DNA of 64,000 bases from Octopus sinensis (lineage: Eukaryota): assembly GCF_006345805.1 (NCBI RefSeq), contig NC_043001.1, forward strand, positions 83,762,001-83,826,000. The letters run 5' to 3'. The position numbers and the translations under genes are program-made. The notes below the pieces were generated by a model. It had not been told where the DNA came from. It ran no database searches and worked only from the letters and a program-made list of their open reading frames with translations. Positions within the stretch are counted from its first letter, which is position 1, and each line of letters begins with the position of its first letter. Positions 13,590 to 25,061 of the stretch are shown piece after piece.

Positions 13590-13917
13590 TGGTGTGTGCG
13601 CGCATTCTTTTATTCTGTTATTTGCGTCAGTCATTTGACAGCGGCCAAGCTACAGCACCGCCATTAGTCCAAGACATCTACCCCAGGACTTATTCTTTGT
13701 AAGTCAAGGATTATTACGAAGTACCATTAACATTACCCTTAATTCTTTTTTATGTATACACAGCTTCAAAAAGACCTTAGTAATTACTAATATATGTATA
13801 TTTATTTCTGTACATACATATGAATATATTTACACACACACACACATAATATGCATATATACACACACCACACACATGATATGCATATATACACACACAC
13901 ACACCCCACACACACAC

Positions 13918-13961
<44 letters not shown>

Positions 13962-15183
13962 CATATACATATATATATATATACATACATATACATATAT
14001 ATATATATACATACATATACATATATATATACATACATATACATACATATATATATATATATACATACATATACATACATATATATTAATATACATACAT
14101 ACATATACATACATATTATATATATAATACATACATACATATACATACATATATATACATATACATACATACATATACATACATATATATATATAACATA
14201 CAATACTACATATATATATATATACATAATATACATACATATATATATATATACATACATATACTACATATATATACATACATATACATATATATATATA
14301 CATACATATACATATATATAATATATACATATATATATACACATATATATAAATATATATAATGTGTGTGTATGTATATTATATATATATTATATTATAT
14401 ATATATATATATACATACACACACATTATATATATTTATATATATGTGTATATATAATGTATATATATATCTATATTATACACTTATATATGCATATATA
14501 TATATACACACGTATATATATACATATAATATATACACACATATATATACATATAATATATATATATATATTATATACACATATATATATGCATATATAT
14601 GTATATATATATGCTTATATATGTGTTTATATATGTATATAAACTGCGTGGTGCCAAGGATTCCAACATCACCATCAAAATACAGGTCCAGATACTGCAA
14701 CAGCTTGGGTTTCAGAGGACCACAGCTCTTTAACATCCTCCCTAAATGCCTGAGAGACTTACATGGTGTGGATGTGGGTTTCTTTAAAACTAAACTGGAT
14801 CTCTTCTTGTTGGGAGTCCCAGATGAACCTACCTCACGACAGGAGACACGGATGCGGGCAGCAGCATCGAACTCCCTTGTTGATCAAGTGCCACGTATCA
14901 GAGGTGGATTCACAAACTAGTGTAGCTCATTCAGCGGTGGTGCCCCAGCATGGCCGCGGCCTTCGGGCTAAAACATTTTTAAGGATTTAAGGATTTATAT
15001 ACATATGCATATATATGTGTATATATATACACCTATATATGCATATATATATAATTACATATATATGCATATATATATATACATGCATATGCATATATAT
15101 ATATACATGCATACATACATACATAAATACATACATACATATATATATATTATATACATGCATACATACATACATACATACAT

Positions 15184-15221
<38 letters not shown>

Positions 15222-15821
15222 GCCGAAATCTGCGATGAGGAATCAGTTTCTGACTGAAGAACGAAGGCTTTGAATGACCGTTTGTCTTTTTGTTCGTTCC
15301 CTTCGTGTATTTCACGTTATTTATTTATGTAAAGGTTTATTATATTATATATATATACATGCATACATATATATATTATATATATATATACATATATGCA
15401 TACATACATATATTATATACATGCATACATACATATATATATATACATGCTACATACATATATATATATCATGCATACATACATATCTATATAATACAAA
15501 TGCATACATATATATATATACATGCATACATACATATATATATATACATGCATACATATATATATATACATGCATACATACATATATATATATACATCAC
15601 ATACATACATATATATAATATATACATGTATATATACATACATATATATATATATATATACATGTATACATAATATTATATATATATATATACATGTATA
15701 CATACATATTATATATTATATATATATACATGCATAACATACATACTATATATATATATCATGCATACATACATACATATTATATATATATATATATATA
15801 GGTACACTGCATACATCATAC

Positions 15822-15872
<51 letters not shown>

Positions 15873-15936
15873 CACATGCATACATACATACATATTATAT
15901 ATATATTATATTATATATATACACATGCATACATAC

Positions 15937-15986
<50 letters not shown>

Positions 15987-15996
15987 GCATACATAC

Positions 15997-16027
<31 letters not shown>

Positions 16028-16038
16028 AGATATACATG

Positions 16039-16089
<51 letters not shown>

Positions 16090-16150
16090 GCATACATACA
16101 TACATATATATATTCTATATATATGTATGTATGTATGTATGTTTGTATGT
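12970..16150. repeat. Large (TA)n/(TACA)n/(CA)n microsatellite field with embedded repeat fragments
   Basis: Direct inspection; source of the many YI/HT/CV ORFs. Confidence 0.95.
14641..14985 (+). mobile_element. 3' end of CR1-like LINE (ORF2 C-terminus plus tail)
   Basis: CNSLGFRGPQLFNILPKCLRD...FKTKLDLFLLGVPDEP...RAAASNSLVDQ matches the typical CR1-type ORF2 end; stop at 14920; hairpin tail follows. Confidence 0.8.
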
Positions 16151-16396
16151 AATACACCAAATTTGTAAAATATATATGCAAATAAAAATACAAATGCATA
16201 GAACAGCCTATCAAGAAGGTGCATATAATTATCTAAAATTCTAAAGCCTGTCACGCGTCTAAAAAATCTAAATAAAATATCAATCGACTAAGAAAGTCTT
16301 CTTCACTCCCCTCAATTAAAAATATGTAAAAAATTTCATTTCATAAAATCAATGGTAGGTTGGAGTCCAGGAGTGTGAGTTCCACAAAATCAAGTG

Positions 16397-16480
16397 AAAC
16401 ACATCTATGGCCATTTCGAGTGTTCGCCGACGCTATTCGATTACGAGTCTCGGTAATGACTCCCTCATCAGGATGAACAG
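16397..16480 (-). ncRNA. Candidate type I hammerhead ribozyme with extended stem II
   Basis: Minus strand: TTCATC-CTGATGA-G(47 nt)C-GAAA-TGGCCA-TA-GATG; palindromic stem III, AUA cleavage triplet, CATC/GATG stem I. Confidence 0.55.
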
Positions 16481-16629
16481 AAATCTCAAAAAATTGTCGT
16501 TCACGGGAGTTACAAAACGGCTACATACCTAATTTAAAGATGATAATCTATCGCATGACCAGTCTAAGTTTTCTAACACGCACAAAAATAAATAAATAAT
16601 TAAATAAATAAACAAACAAATAAAATAAA

Positions 16630-18390
16630 TGGCCATAGATGTGTTTGAAGAGATCTGATTTATAAACCACTGAAAATATCTACAAAGAAAATAGAAGTAG
16701 CAACACTAGAAGAGATAGAGAAGTGTCTGAAAGAGATTGAAAAGGAGACTACGTTCATAACATGAAGAAGAAGATATGGCACAGTGGTGGTGCGATTCGC
16801 AAGTGAGGATTAAGCGATAAAGCACTCCGCCATAAAGACAGAAGAGTGGGTACCCCTACCGACGTACTGTGGCAAACGAGTTGTCAGAGTAAGAGTGGGA
16901 AAGGTGCCACCAGAGCTGAGTGAGACATGGCTGGTTCTGCAGTCATGTACAATATGGAAGAGAATACCAGGATCCCGAGAGTGACAAGGATGAAAAGAGT
17001 CAACTGGTGGGGTTACGGAATTGAGATGACATGTTCAGACAATTGTAAGTGATATGAACAAAATTCCGGAAGAGATTACACTACTTGAAGATATGAGATT
17101 AAGAGTGGTGGTGGAGGGCAGGCCTCCCATATGTTACTTGTGCGGGGAGAAAGGCCACATGAAGGCGAGATGCCCCCAGAAAGAAGAGAAAGGCGGCGAG
17201 CTGGCAGAAACGTTAGCCCGCCGGGCGAAATGCGTAGCCGTATTTCGTCTGCCGTTACGTTCTGAGTTCAAATTCCGCCGAGGTCGACTTTGCCTTTCAT
17301 CCTTTCGGGTTCGATTAAATAAGTACCAGCTACGCACTGGGGTCGATATAATCGACTTAATCCGTTTGTCTGTCCTTGTTTGTCCTCTCTGTGTGTAGCC
17401 CCTTGTGGGCAGTAAAGAAATAAGAAAGAAGAGAAACAGAAACAGACAGAACGGTCTGAGGAGTAGGAGAGAGTGAATGATGTGATGCAGGCGGAGGTTG
17501 AGGAGACAACAGGAATAGAGGAGGGATTTGAAATGGTAGAAAAAAAAAGACAGAGGAAGGGCTCTCCGCTGGAGAGGCAGAAAAAGAAAAAATAAACAGA
17601 GAAGGAGATTGAGGAAGAAATCGTAAAGGATGTTGAAAAGGAGATAGAGGTAGAAAAGGAGGTTGAGAAGGTTATGGAGCCAGAATGCTTTTTTTTACCA
17701 ATGAAGTAGAACAACAACGAGAAGAAACTGCGACACTAAACGTTATGGAAGACGTGGTGCCAAGAGTGGAACTCGGGAAACAAACAAGAAGGCGGAGAAA
17801 ATACAATTGGAATTTTGTGACATATGCCAAAAATGTAAATACAGAGAAAATGATAACCAAACTGAAATCAGTTATAAGGGTGAAATTACCCAAGTACATG
17901 TACGGTGAAAATGTGAAAGCAATTTTGATCGACAAGGAAAAGTATAGCAGGCTGAAAGAAAAAATGTAATGTTGAACCACCAGGATTCGTGGTGGAGCTC
18001 GAATAACTACCACCAGGATTCGTGGTGGAGCTCGAATAACTACCACCAGTAGTTGAACTAAGTGAAAGAGAGCCATATATAAGATGTTAAAAAAAAGAGA
18101 GTAAATTGTGGTTTAAATAAAAAGGAGGAAAAACAAAGGAAAAATAGAGTAAAACAGAACGAAGCTATTAGGAAAATAAATCACAGAAAAAGATTATAAA
18201 CGGGAAGTAGGATTGTTCAAATGGTACTGCAAGTGAGTGGGGAGCATGCAGCCATTTCATCATCATCATCGATTTCATTGTACATTTTATCTTTTTTCAT
18301 TCGTTTTATGTTTTTGTCCCCACTGTGATGTTCTGTCTGTTTTTGTGCTGTCCACTCTGTGTTATGGCCGTAGTGCCAAATAAAGAGATT
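16630..18390 (+). mobile_element. Decayed Tx1/L1-like element: ORF1 relic with CCHC zinc knuckle, then a 3' end with AATAAA
   Basis: RRRYGTVVVRFAS...VRVGKVPPE and VVVEGRPPICYLCGEKGHMKARCP, homologous to ORF1 relic at 21693-22376; frameshifts and stops; AATAAA near 18378. Confidence 0.7.
17192..17422 (+). mobile_element. SINE A inserted just after the ORF1 zinc knuckle
   Basis: 14-bp TSD AGAAAGAAGAGAAA at 17178-17191 and 17423-17436. Confidence 0.9.
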
Positions 18391-18398
18391 ACCTTCTG

Positions 18399-18435
<37 letters not shown>

Positions 18436-18531
18436 GGAGTAAACACATAAATGTGAAACAAGGTGGAAAAATGAGTACTCAAATACCAGTGGTAGAGTAA
18501 TATGCTTTATTTAAAGCAGCAGAAAATTCAA

Positions 18532-18581
18532 CAAAATCTGTTACTCTGAGTTTCTCGTTGCCGTTCATCAGACAGTTTTTG
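18532..18581 (-). ncRNA. Minimal type I hammerhead ribozyme, copy 1
   Basis: CAAAAACTGT-CTGATGA-ACGGCAACGA-GAAA-CTCAGAG-TA-ACAGATTTTG; predicted cleavage after GUA between 18542 and 18541. Confidence 0.8.
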
Positions 18582-18763
18582 CTAGAATATATAATATATA
18601 TATGCATTCTTTTCATATGTTAAAGGCCATGGTAATATTCATATATGAACAAATAGTGTGGAAGCGTGGTGTTATATAAAGTCGTTGACTCGAATTTGAT
18701 GTTTGTTCTTTAATCAATGTTTTACACACGCACACACACACACACACACGCAATACATACATA

Positions 18764-18829
<66 letters not shown>

Positions 18830-18923
18830 GAGTAAACACATAAATGTGAAACAAGGTGGAAAAATGAGTACTCAATACCAGTGGTAGAGTAATATGCTTT
18901 ATTTAAAGCAGCAGAAAATTCAA

Positions 18924-18973
18924 CAAAATCTGTTACTCTGAGTTTCTCGTTGCCGTTCATCAGACAGTTTTTG
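18924..18973 (-). ncRNA. Minimal type I hammerhead ribozyme, copy 2
   Basis: Identical motif to copy 1. Confidence 0.8.
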
Positions 18974-19098
18974 CTAGAATATATATATATATATATATAT
19001 ACCGAGTAAACACATAAATGTGAAACAAGGTGGAAAAATGAGTACTCAAATACCAGTGGTAGAGTAATATGCTTTATTTAAAGCAGCAGAAAATTCAA

Positions 19099-19148
19099 CA
19101 AAATCTGTTACTCTGAGTTTCTCGTTGCCGTTCATCAGACAGTTTTTG
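19099..19148 (-). ncRNA. Minimal type I hammerhead ribozyme, copy 3
   Basis: Identical motif to copy 1. Confidence 0.8.
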
Positions 19149-19265
19149 CTAGAATATATATATATATACCGAGTAAACACATAAATGTGAAACAAGGTGG
19201 AAAAATGAGTACTCAAATACCAGTGGTAGAGTAATATGCTTTATTTAAAGCAGCAGAAAATTCAA

Positions 19266-19315
19266 CAAAATCTGTTACTCTGAGTTTCTCGTTGCCGTTC
19301 ATCAGACAGTTTTTG
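19266..19315 (-). ncRNA. Minimal type I hammerhead ribozyme, copy 4
   Basis: Identical motif to copy 1. Confidence 0.8.
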
Positions 19316-19333
19316 CTAGAATATATATATATA

Positions 19334-19366
<33 letters not shown>

Positions 19367-19379
19367 ATGTATGTATGTA

Positions 19380-20545
19380 CGTGTGTGTATATGTTCGTGT
19401 GTGTGTGTTTGTCCCCCGAACATCGCTTGACAACAGATGCTGGTGTGTTTACGTCCCCGTAACTTAGCAGTTCGGCAAAAGAGAACGATAGAATAAGTAC
19501 TAGGCTTACAAAGAATAAGTCCTGGGGTCGATTTGCTCGACTAAAGGCGGTGCTCCAGCATGGCCGCAGTCAAATGACTGAAACAAGTCAGAGAGTAAAT
19601 AGTAAAGAGTAAAGAGTAAATAGATAGAAGAAAAAGATTTATCGGGGTTCGGAGGTACATACCACAGCAGTAAGCAGCAAAGGCATTCGTTCGGATTAGA
19701 ATCACAAATTCAAAGTGGAAAAAAATTACCGTAAGCAATAGACATTGATATTTAAGAAAAAAGAATGTAAGATATTCTTATTTCTACTCTTGGCAGAAGG
19801 CCCGAAATTTTGGGGGAGGAGAGAAGTCGATTAGATTCACCCCAGTACACAAATAGTACTTAATTTATCGACGCTGAAACGATGAAAGGCGAAAGCCGGC
19901 CTTGGCGGAATTTGAACTCGAAACGTAGACAGACGAAATACCTATTTCCTTACTACCTACTAGGGATAAACATAGAGGGGACAAACAGGGACAGACAAAC
20001 GGATTAAGTCGATTACATCGACCCCAGTGCGTAACTGGTACTTAATTTATCGACCCCGAAAGGATGAAAGGCAAAGTCGACCTCGGCGGAATTTGAACTC
20101 AGAACGTAACAGCAGACGAAATACCGCTAAGCATTTCACCCGGCGTGCTAACGTTTCTGCCAGTTTGCCGCCTTATAAAAGAAGAATTTTAAGATATTGA
20201 AATCTTTTATCTTTTACTTGTTTCAGCAATTGGATTGCGGTCATGCTGGGCACCGCCTTGAAGAGTTTAGTCGACCAATCTTAGCACATATTTTAAGCCT
20301 ACTACCTATTCTATCGATCTCTTTTGCCAAACTGTTAAGCAACCGGAACGGAAACACACCAATACCAACACAATATTTACGCGTGCGCGAGCACATACAC
20401 ACACACATGATAGGTTTCCTCCATTTGGTGGTTTTTGGGTGACCTGGGCTATAGTAGAAAACACTTGCTAAGGGGGCTGCGCAGTGGGACTGAACGCAAA
20501 ACCATGTGGTTTCAAAGCAAGCTTCTTAACTTCGCAGCCATGTTG
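19380..20545. mobile_element. SINE B 3' half (+), SINE A copies (-) and a decayed SINE B (-)
   Basis: Homology to family consensuses. Confidence 0.8.
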
Positions 20546-20596
20546 TTACTGTCGTCTTCGTTGTTGTTATTGCTGCCTTTGTAATATCTACTGCAT

Positions 20597-22617
20597 CTAG
20601 GACTTCAGTATCCAATGTATCCATCTTGAGGGAGCTTTCCCGAGAACGTCGTCGCACTTTTCCTCCATTAACCCTCTATAGAACGCTAGAGTGGAACTAC
20701 CACCGACCGCATTGCCCGACTGGCAAAGGGCTGTGTGCGCTTGACGGCACTCGAGGTACCAAGCTCCCCTCCCTGGTCTACGCCTAATCCAGGTTTGTAA
20801 CTCAGTCAAAGAGACGAGCTGTGGGAGAGTGAGTTTAACAAACGGTAACTACACGTGCTCACCGTCAAGGAAACGCTGGAGGTGTCGCAACCTGAGCGCA
20901 TGTCTGCGCATTAGCAACCACAGCATGCTCGGGCCCCACATTCAGCGGCTGTGGACAGCAGATGGAATGCCCTTACCAGCAGAAAGCGGGAGAGTATGCA
21001 GACCAGCTTGTTCAGCCAACATACGGGGCAAGGGACGACGGGCAAGCAGTAACGGATGACGGATGCGATGTACGCATTCGCCTCGGCTCGACCTTTCAAG
21101 GACAGCTTCTTCTCGGCCCATCTCTGGGTGAGGTTGGTCACCCTGTTCGTCACCTCGTCCCAGTTTTTCTCCACCTGGAGGTCTGGACCGAACAAACCTC
21201 GAGGGATTTAACTGGACCGTCTGTCCAGCTCCCCACAACGCTGTTGGACGGCATGGACTTGAAATTCTTTATTATGCCACCCTTGCTTGGGTCCTTTCTC
21301 AGCAGTGTCATCGCCCCTCGACAAATAAAAATGGAAATTCTTCGATTCTGTTGCCAGTTGCGGTAGACGTCTGTTAAGAAGCCCGCAAAAAAGTCTGGCA
21401 TAGAAATATAAAGCTCGTAGGACAGACCATCCAAACCCGGCGGTCTGCCTCTCACGCAACCCTTCATCGCCTCCTGTATTTCCGCGGCTGTTTTCGGTCT
21501 TTCGCAGTACTCCGCCTCGCTCGTCGAGAGTCGCAGCCGACCGTCCAGATAGACACCAAAGTCTGCTCTGTTATCCGTCTTACCACTCACCACGGACAGT
21601 CAAGCAAAGTGCTGCTGAAAGGCTGCACACATCTACTTGGTGGTGGTGATGGTGGTAGTCGCATGGATGCTGAGGCTTTTAGTGTTGATGTCTCAGTGAC
21701 GACTGGAGGCAGCATTGTTGGTGGTGGTAATGGCGCCATTGCTGCCCTTGATGCATCGACCGCTCGTCTGCTGCTGCTGCACCTGTTGTTGCTGTACCTG
21801 CGCTGGCGGTGGTACAGACACTGGTGTTGGTAGTATTGCTAGCCGTTCCTCCCCTCCCTTTCTGAGGCAAGAGACCATGAGGTGATTCTTGTCACCACGG
21901 AGGTAACACCACGGCCTCCTGCACTCTACGGCCACGTGTAATTTTGTGTCGTCCGGAAGATTGATCAAATCGGAGATGAGATCTGTTTGTTTTGTTTCAC
22001 TTGGATTAAGAGCTCCATCCCCTCACCCGACCAATTTTGTAGGTGCAACTTGTGCACCTCCAGTATTGTGGCGGCGTCCTCTTTGTCTAGGAGGACTGCC
22101 GCCACCAGCCAGCATATATTTATTTCTGGGGGCACCTCCCCAATTTTTATTTTTGTTACGTACCAGCCAAGGTACGACGGCACAAGAAAAAAGGTCTTGA
22201 CCTTTTAGTGGCACTGTGGAATAGTGTCTTGCTTCTTGCTTCGTTGCGAAACGCACCTTCACAGTGCCGAAACCTTTTCCTCTTTTTACATAAGTTTTTA
22301 CATTCCATACTGGCTTAAGTATGAGGTCAAGTTGCTCTTGGGCTGCTTGTTCTATTCTTTTGTTGTGGTTACGCATTTGTGAATTAGTGTTCTTTTGCTT
22401 GTGTCTCTTATTATATCATTTGGTGTATTAGTCCTTTTGCGGTTTTAATTTCTTCTATTGTGGCATTCAGTTTCTTTAATTTGCCTCGCTGCCGAGGCGA
22501 AACCGTTGACGCTTGGCTTGTTGCTCTTTGTTGTTCGTGTCTGTGGTGGTGGTGGCAGTGTCAGTGTCATTCTTATTCTCCTGCTTTCTTTCTTCTTTCC
22601 TCTCTTCCTCCTCCTGT
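20597..22617 (-). mobile_element. Decayed, internally deleted Tx1/L1-clade LINE (ORF1 plus ORF2 fragments)
   Basis: ORF1: GFGTVKVRFAT, KIKIGEVPPE, RPWCYLRGDKNHLMVSC. RT N-terminus: GRPPGLDGLSYELY...GAMTLLRKDP. Post-RT: WAEKKLSLKGRAE..AYIASVIRY. No endonuclease or YADD core seen. Confidence 0.8.
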
Positions 22618-23392
22618 GCCGGGCATGGAAGTCTTTTGAGGACTAAATACACAACAATGGCGACTGAGCGAGGGCGTGAGAACGGGAGGTTGACCAGCCA
22701 GTTCAACGCAGACCTCCACGCCCTCAACACAACTATTGTTCCTGCACAGGAGAAGGAGGGAGAAAAAAGAAAGCAGGAGAGAAAGAATGACAGTGACCAC
22801 AAACAATAACAGCCGGGCATGGAAGTCTTTTGAGGACTAAATACACAACAATGGCGACTGAGCGAGGGCGTGAGAACGGGAGGTTGACCAGCCAGTTCAA
22901 CGCAGACCTCCACGCCCTCAACACAACTATTGTTCCTGCACAGGAGAAGGAGGGAGAAAAAAGAAAGCAGGAGAGAAAGAATGACAGTGACCACAAACAA
23001 TAACAGCCGGGCATGGAAGTCTTTTGAGGACTAAATACACAACAATGGCGACTGAGCGAGGGCGTGAGAACGGGAGGTTGACCAGCCAGTTCAACGCAGA
23101 CCTCCACGCCCTCAACACAACTATTGTTCCTGCACAGGAGAAGGAGGGAGAAAAAAGAAAGCAGGAGAGAAAGAATGACAGTGACCACAAACAATAACAG
23201 CCGGCATGGAAGTCTTTTGAGGACTAAATACACAACAATGGCGACTGAGCGAGGGCGTGAGAACGGGAGGTTGACCAGCCAGTTCAACGCAGACCTCCAC
23301 GCCCTCAACACAACTATTGTTCCTGCACAGGAGAAGGAGGGAGAAAAAAGAAAGCAGGAGAGAAAGAATGACAGTGACCACAAACAATAACA
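22618..23392 (+). repeat. Four tandem 194-bp units encoding an ORF1-like N-terminus
   Basis: Unit starts at 22618, 22812, 23006, 23200; unit encodes MATERGRENGRLTSQFNADLHALNTTIVPAQEKEGEKRKQE. Confidence 0.9.
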
Positions 23393-23510
23393 AGACAACT
23401 GTTAACAGTTTCGCTTCAGCGATGAGGCAAATTAAAAAAATCTGAATGTTACAATAGAAGACATTGAAACAGCAAAAGGACTAATAAAGAGTTATGAGTA
23501 AACAAAGTTG
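22618..23510 (+). mobile_element. 5' fragment of a second Tx1-like element, head-to-head with the minus-strand copy
   Basis: 23393-23490 (agtttcgcttcagcgatgaggcaaatt...gcaaaaggactaata) is homologous to the reverse complement of 22425-22510. Confidence 0.7.
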
Positions 23511-23725
23511 GTGTATGTGTATGTGTGGGGTCTCAATTTTGTAGTTATGCCGGGAACCTACTTGAAGAAGCTGCTAAATCCTCCTCAAATCATATCCTAG
23601 TCTTGTACTCCATATCTAAAAATGAAACAAGACGGTCAAGGCTTAAACGCTTTTGATCATAGACCAGTATAAGTAGACCTGGGGTTAAACACAAGAATAT
23701 TAAACACAAGAATATGCTGCGGGAC

Positions 23726-24286
23726 AGGCAAGACTTCCGCCCGTCCCCTACCCTAAAAAAAACCCACCCTTAAAAATATTTTTTTCGGCTACGGGAAATA
23801 CGAATCTGCAAAAAAAAAAAAAATTAGCAAAAATTGTCATTTCTAAATTACCACCCTACCCCCATTTCCTTCATTTTTCACTTTTTTCAGAAATTTTTTA
23901 CCCCCAAAATATGCGGGAAAATACGGAGATTATAATTCTGGAAAAAAGTTCCAAAAATATTTGTAAAATTTTTTTTAAGAATTTTTCCCCCTAAATATGC
24001 GGAAAAATACGGACGTTATGATTCGGACAAACATTTCAAAACATTTTAAGGGTTAGGATTATGGTTATGGTTAGGGCTTTAGGGTTAGGGTTTTAAGGTT
24101 GGTGTTGGGGAAAAAAGTCAAAATTGAAGAAGTTGGGGGTGAATGGAGAGGGGGAAATTTCACAATTCTGATTTTTGGCAATTTTCTGGAACCTCCGTAT
24201 TCGAAAACGGGGGTTTTTCAAAAAAAAAAAAAAACTAAAAAAAACAAATTTGGGAGACAATGGGTGGGGGGCGGGCGGAAGTCTTT
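23726..24286. mobile_element. TIR element with internal TTAGGG-like repeats and a probable 9-bp TSD
   Basis: AAGACTTCCGCCCG / CGGGCGGAAGTCTT inverted termini; flanks CTGCGGGAC and CTGCAGGAC; empty-site paralogue near 28626-28665. Confidence 0.6.
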
Positions 24287-24665
24287 CTGCAGGACTTTAT
24301 CACTCCCTCTTCTTTCTCTCTTGTTCATTTATTCTTTTTCTTATTTCAGTCAATGGAACGTACCTTTGGCATGTTTAGTCGCACAAACCGTCCCTAGTAT
24401 TCATTTTAAAGTCTGCTACTTATCTATTGATAACTTTTTGTCGAACTGCTAAGTTACGGAGATGTATACCGGTTGTCAAACAGTGGTGGGGTAGCACAAA
24501 TAATACACAAGCACGTACGCGCGTACAGAGAGAAAGCGAGAGAGAGAGAGTGTGAGAGAAAGAGAGATAGAGAAAGGGAGAGAGAGAAAATGTCGAAGGC
24601 AAACTGACAGTAAGATGAGATTTGGCACAGAGAGAGAGAGAGAGGGAGAGAGAGAGAGAGAGAGG

Positions 24666-24697
<32 letters not shown>

Positions 24698-25061
24698 ATG
24701 ATGATGATGGTGGTAGTGGTAGTAGTGGTGGTGGTGGTGAAAAAGAAAGCGAGATGTTGGAGTAAGAAAAAGAAGGTGGAGAAAGGACTGAAAAAGTGAA
24801 CGATCGAAGTAGAAAGAGAGATATACAAAGAGAGATAGAATGCGAGGGCGTGAAAATATAAATAACAATGAAAAAAGGGAGTGAAAGATAGGAGATAGAG
24901 AGAGGAGAGTGAAAGAGGTGAAGGAGTAAGAAAAAAGAGCGAGAGAGAAAGGGTGGATAGAAGTTTAGGAATAAACAAGAGAGTGAAAGTTATGTAAAGA
25001 TAGAGAGAGAAAAAGAGAGAGAGAGGGACAGAGACTGGAAGAGAGAGGCATAAGAAAATTG

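Larger units (their letters stand above)
18433..19320 (-). repeat. Array of four ~152-bp hammerhead-containing units separated by (TA)n (retrozyme / Penelope pLTR-like)
   Basis: Near-identical units at 18433-18586, 18827-18978, 19001-19153, 19168-19320. Confidence 0.9.

Noticed and set aside
17976-18049. CRISPR-like 33-bp palindromic repeat
   Set aside because: Units are directly adjacent with no spacers; eukaryotic context; no cas genes.
18433-19320. Repeat-spacer appearance of the hammerhead array
   Set aside because: The spacers are just (TA)n; not CRISPR.
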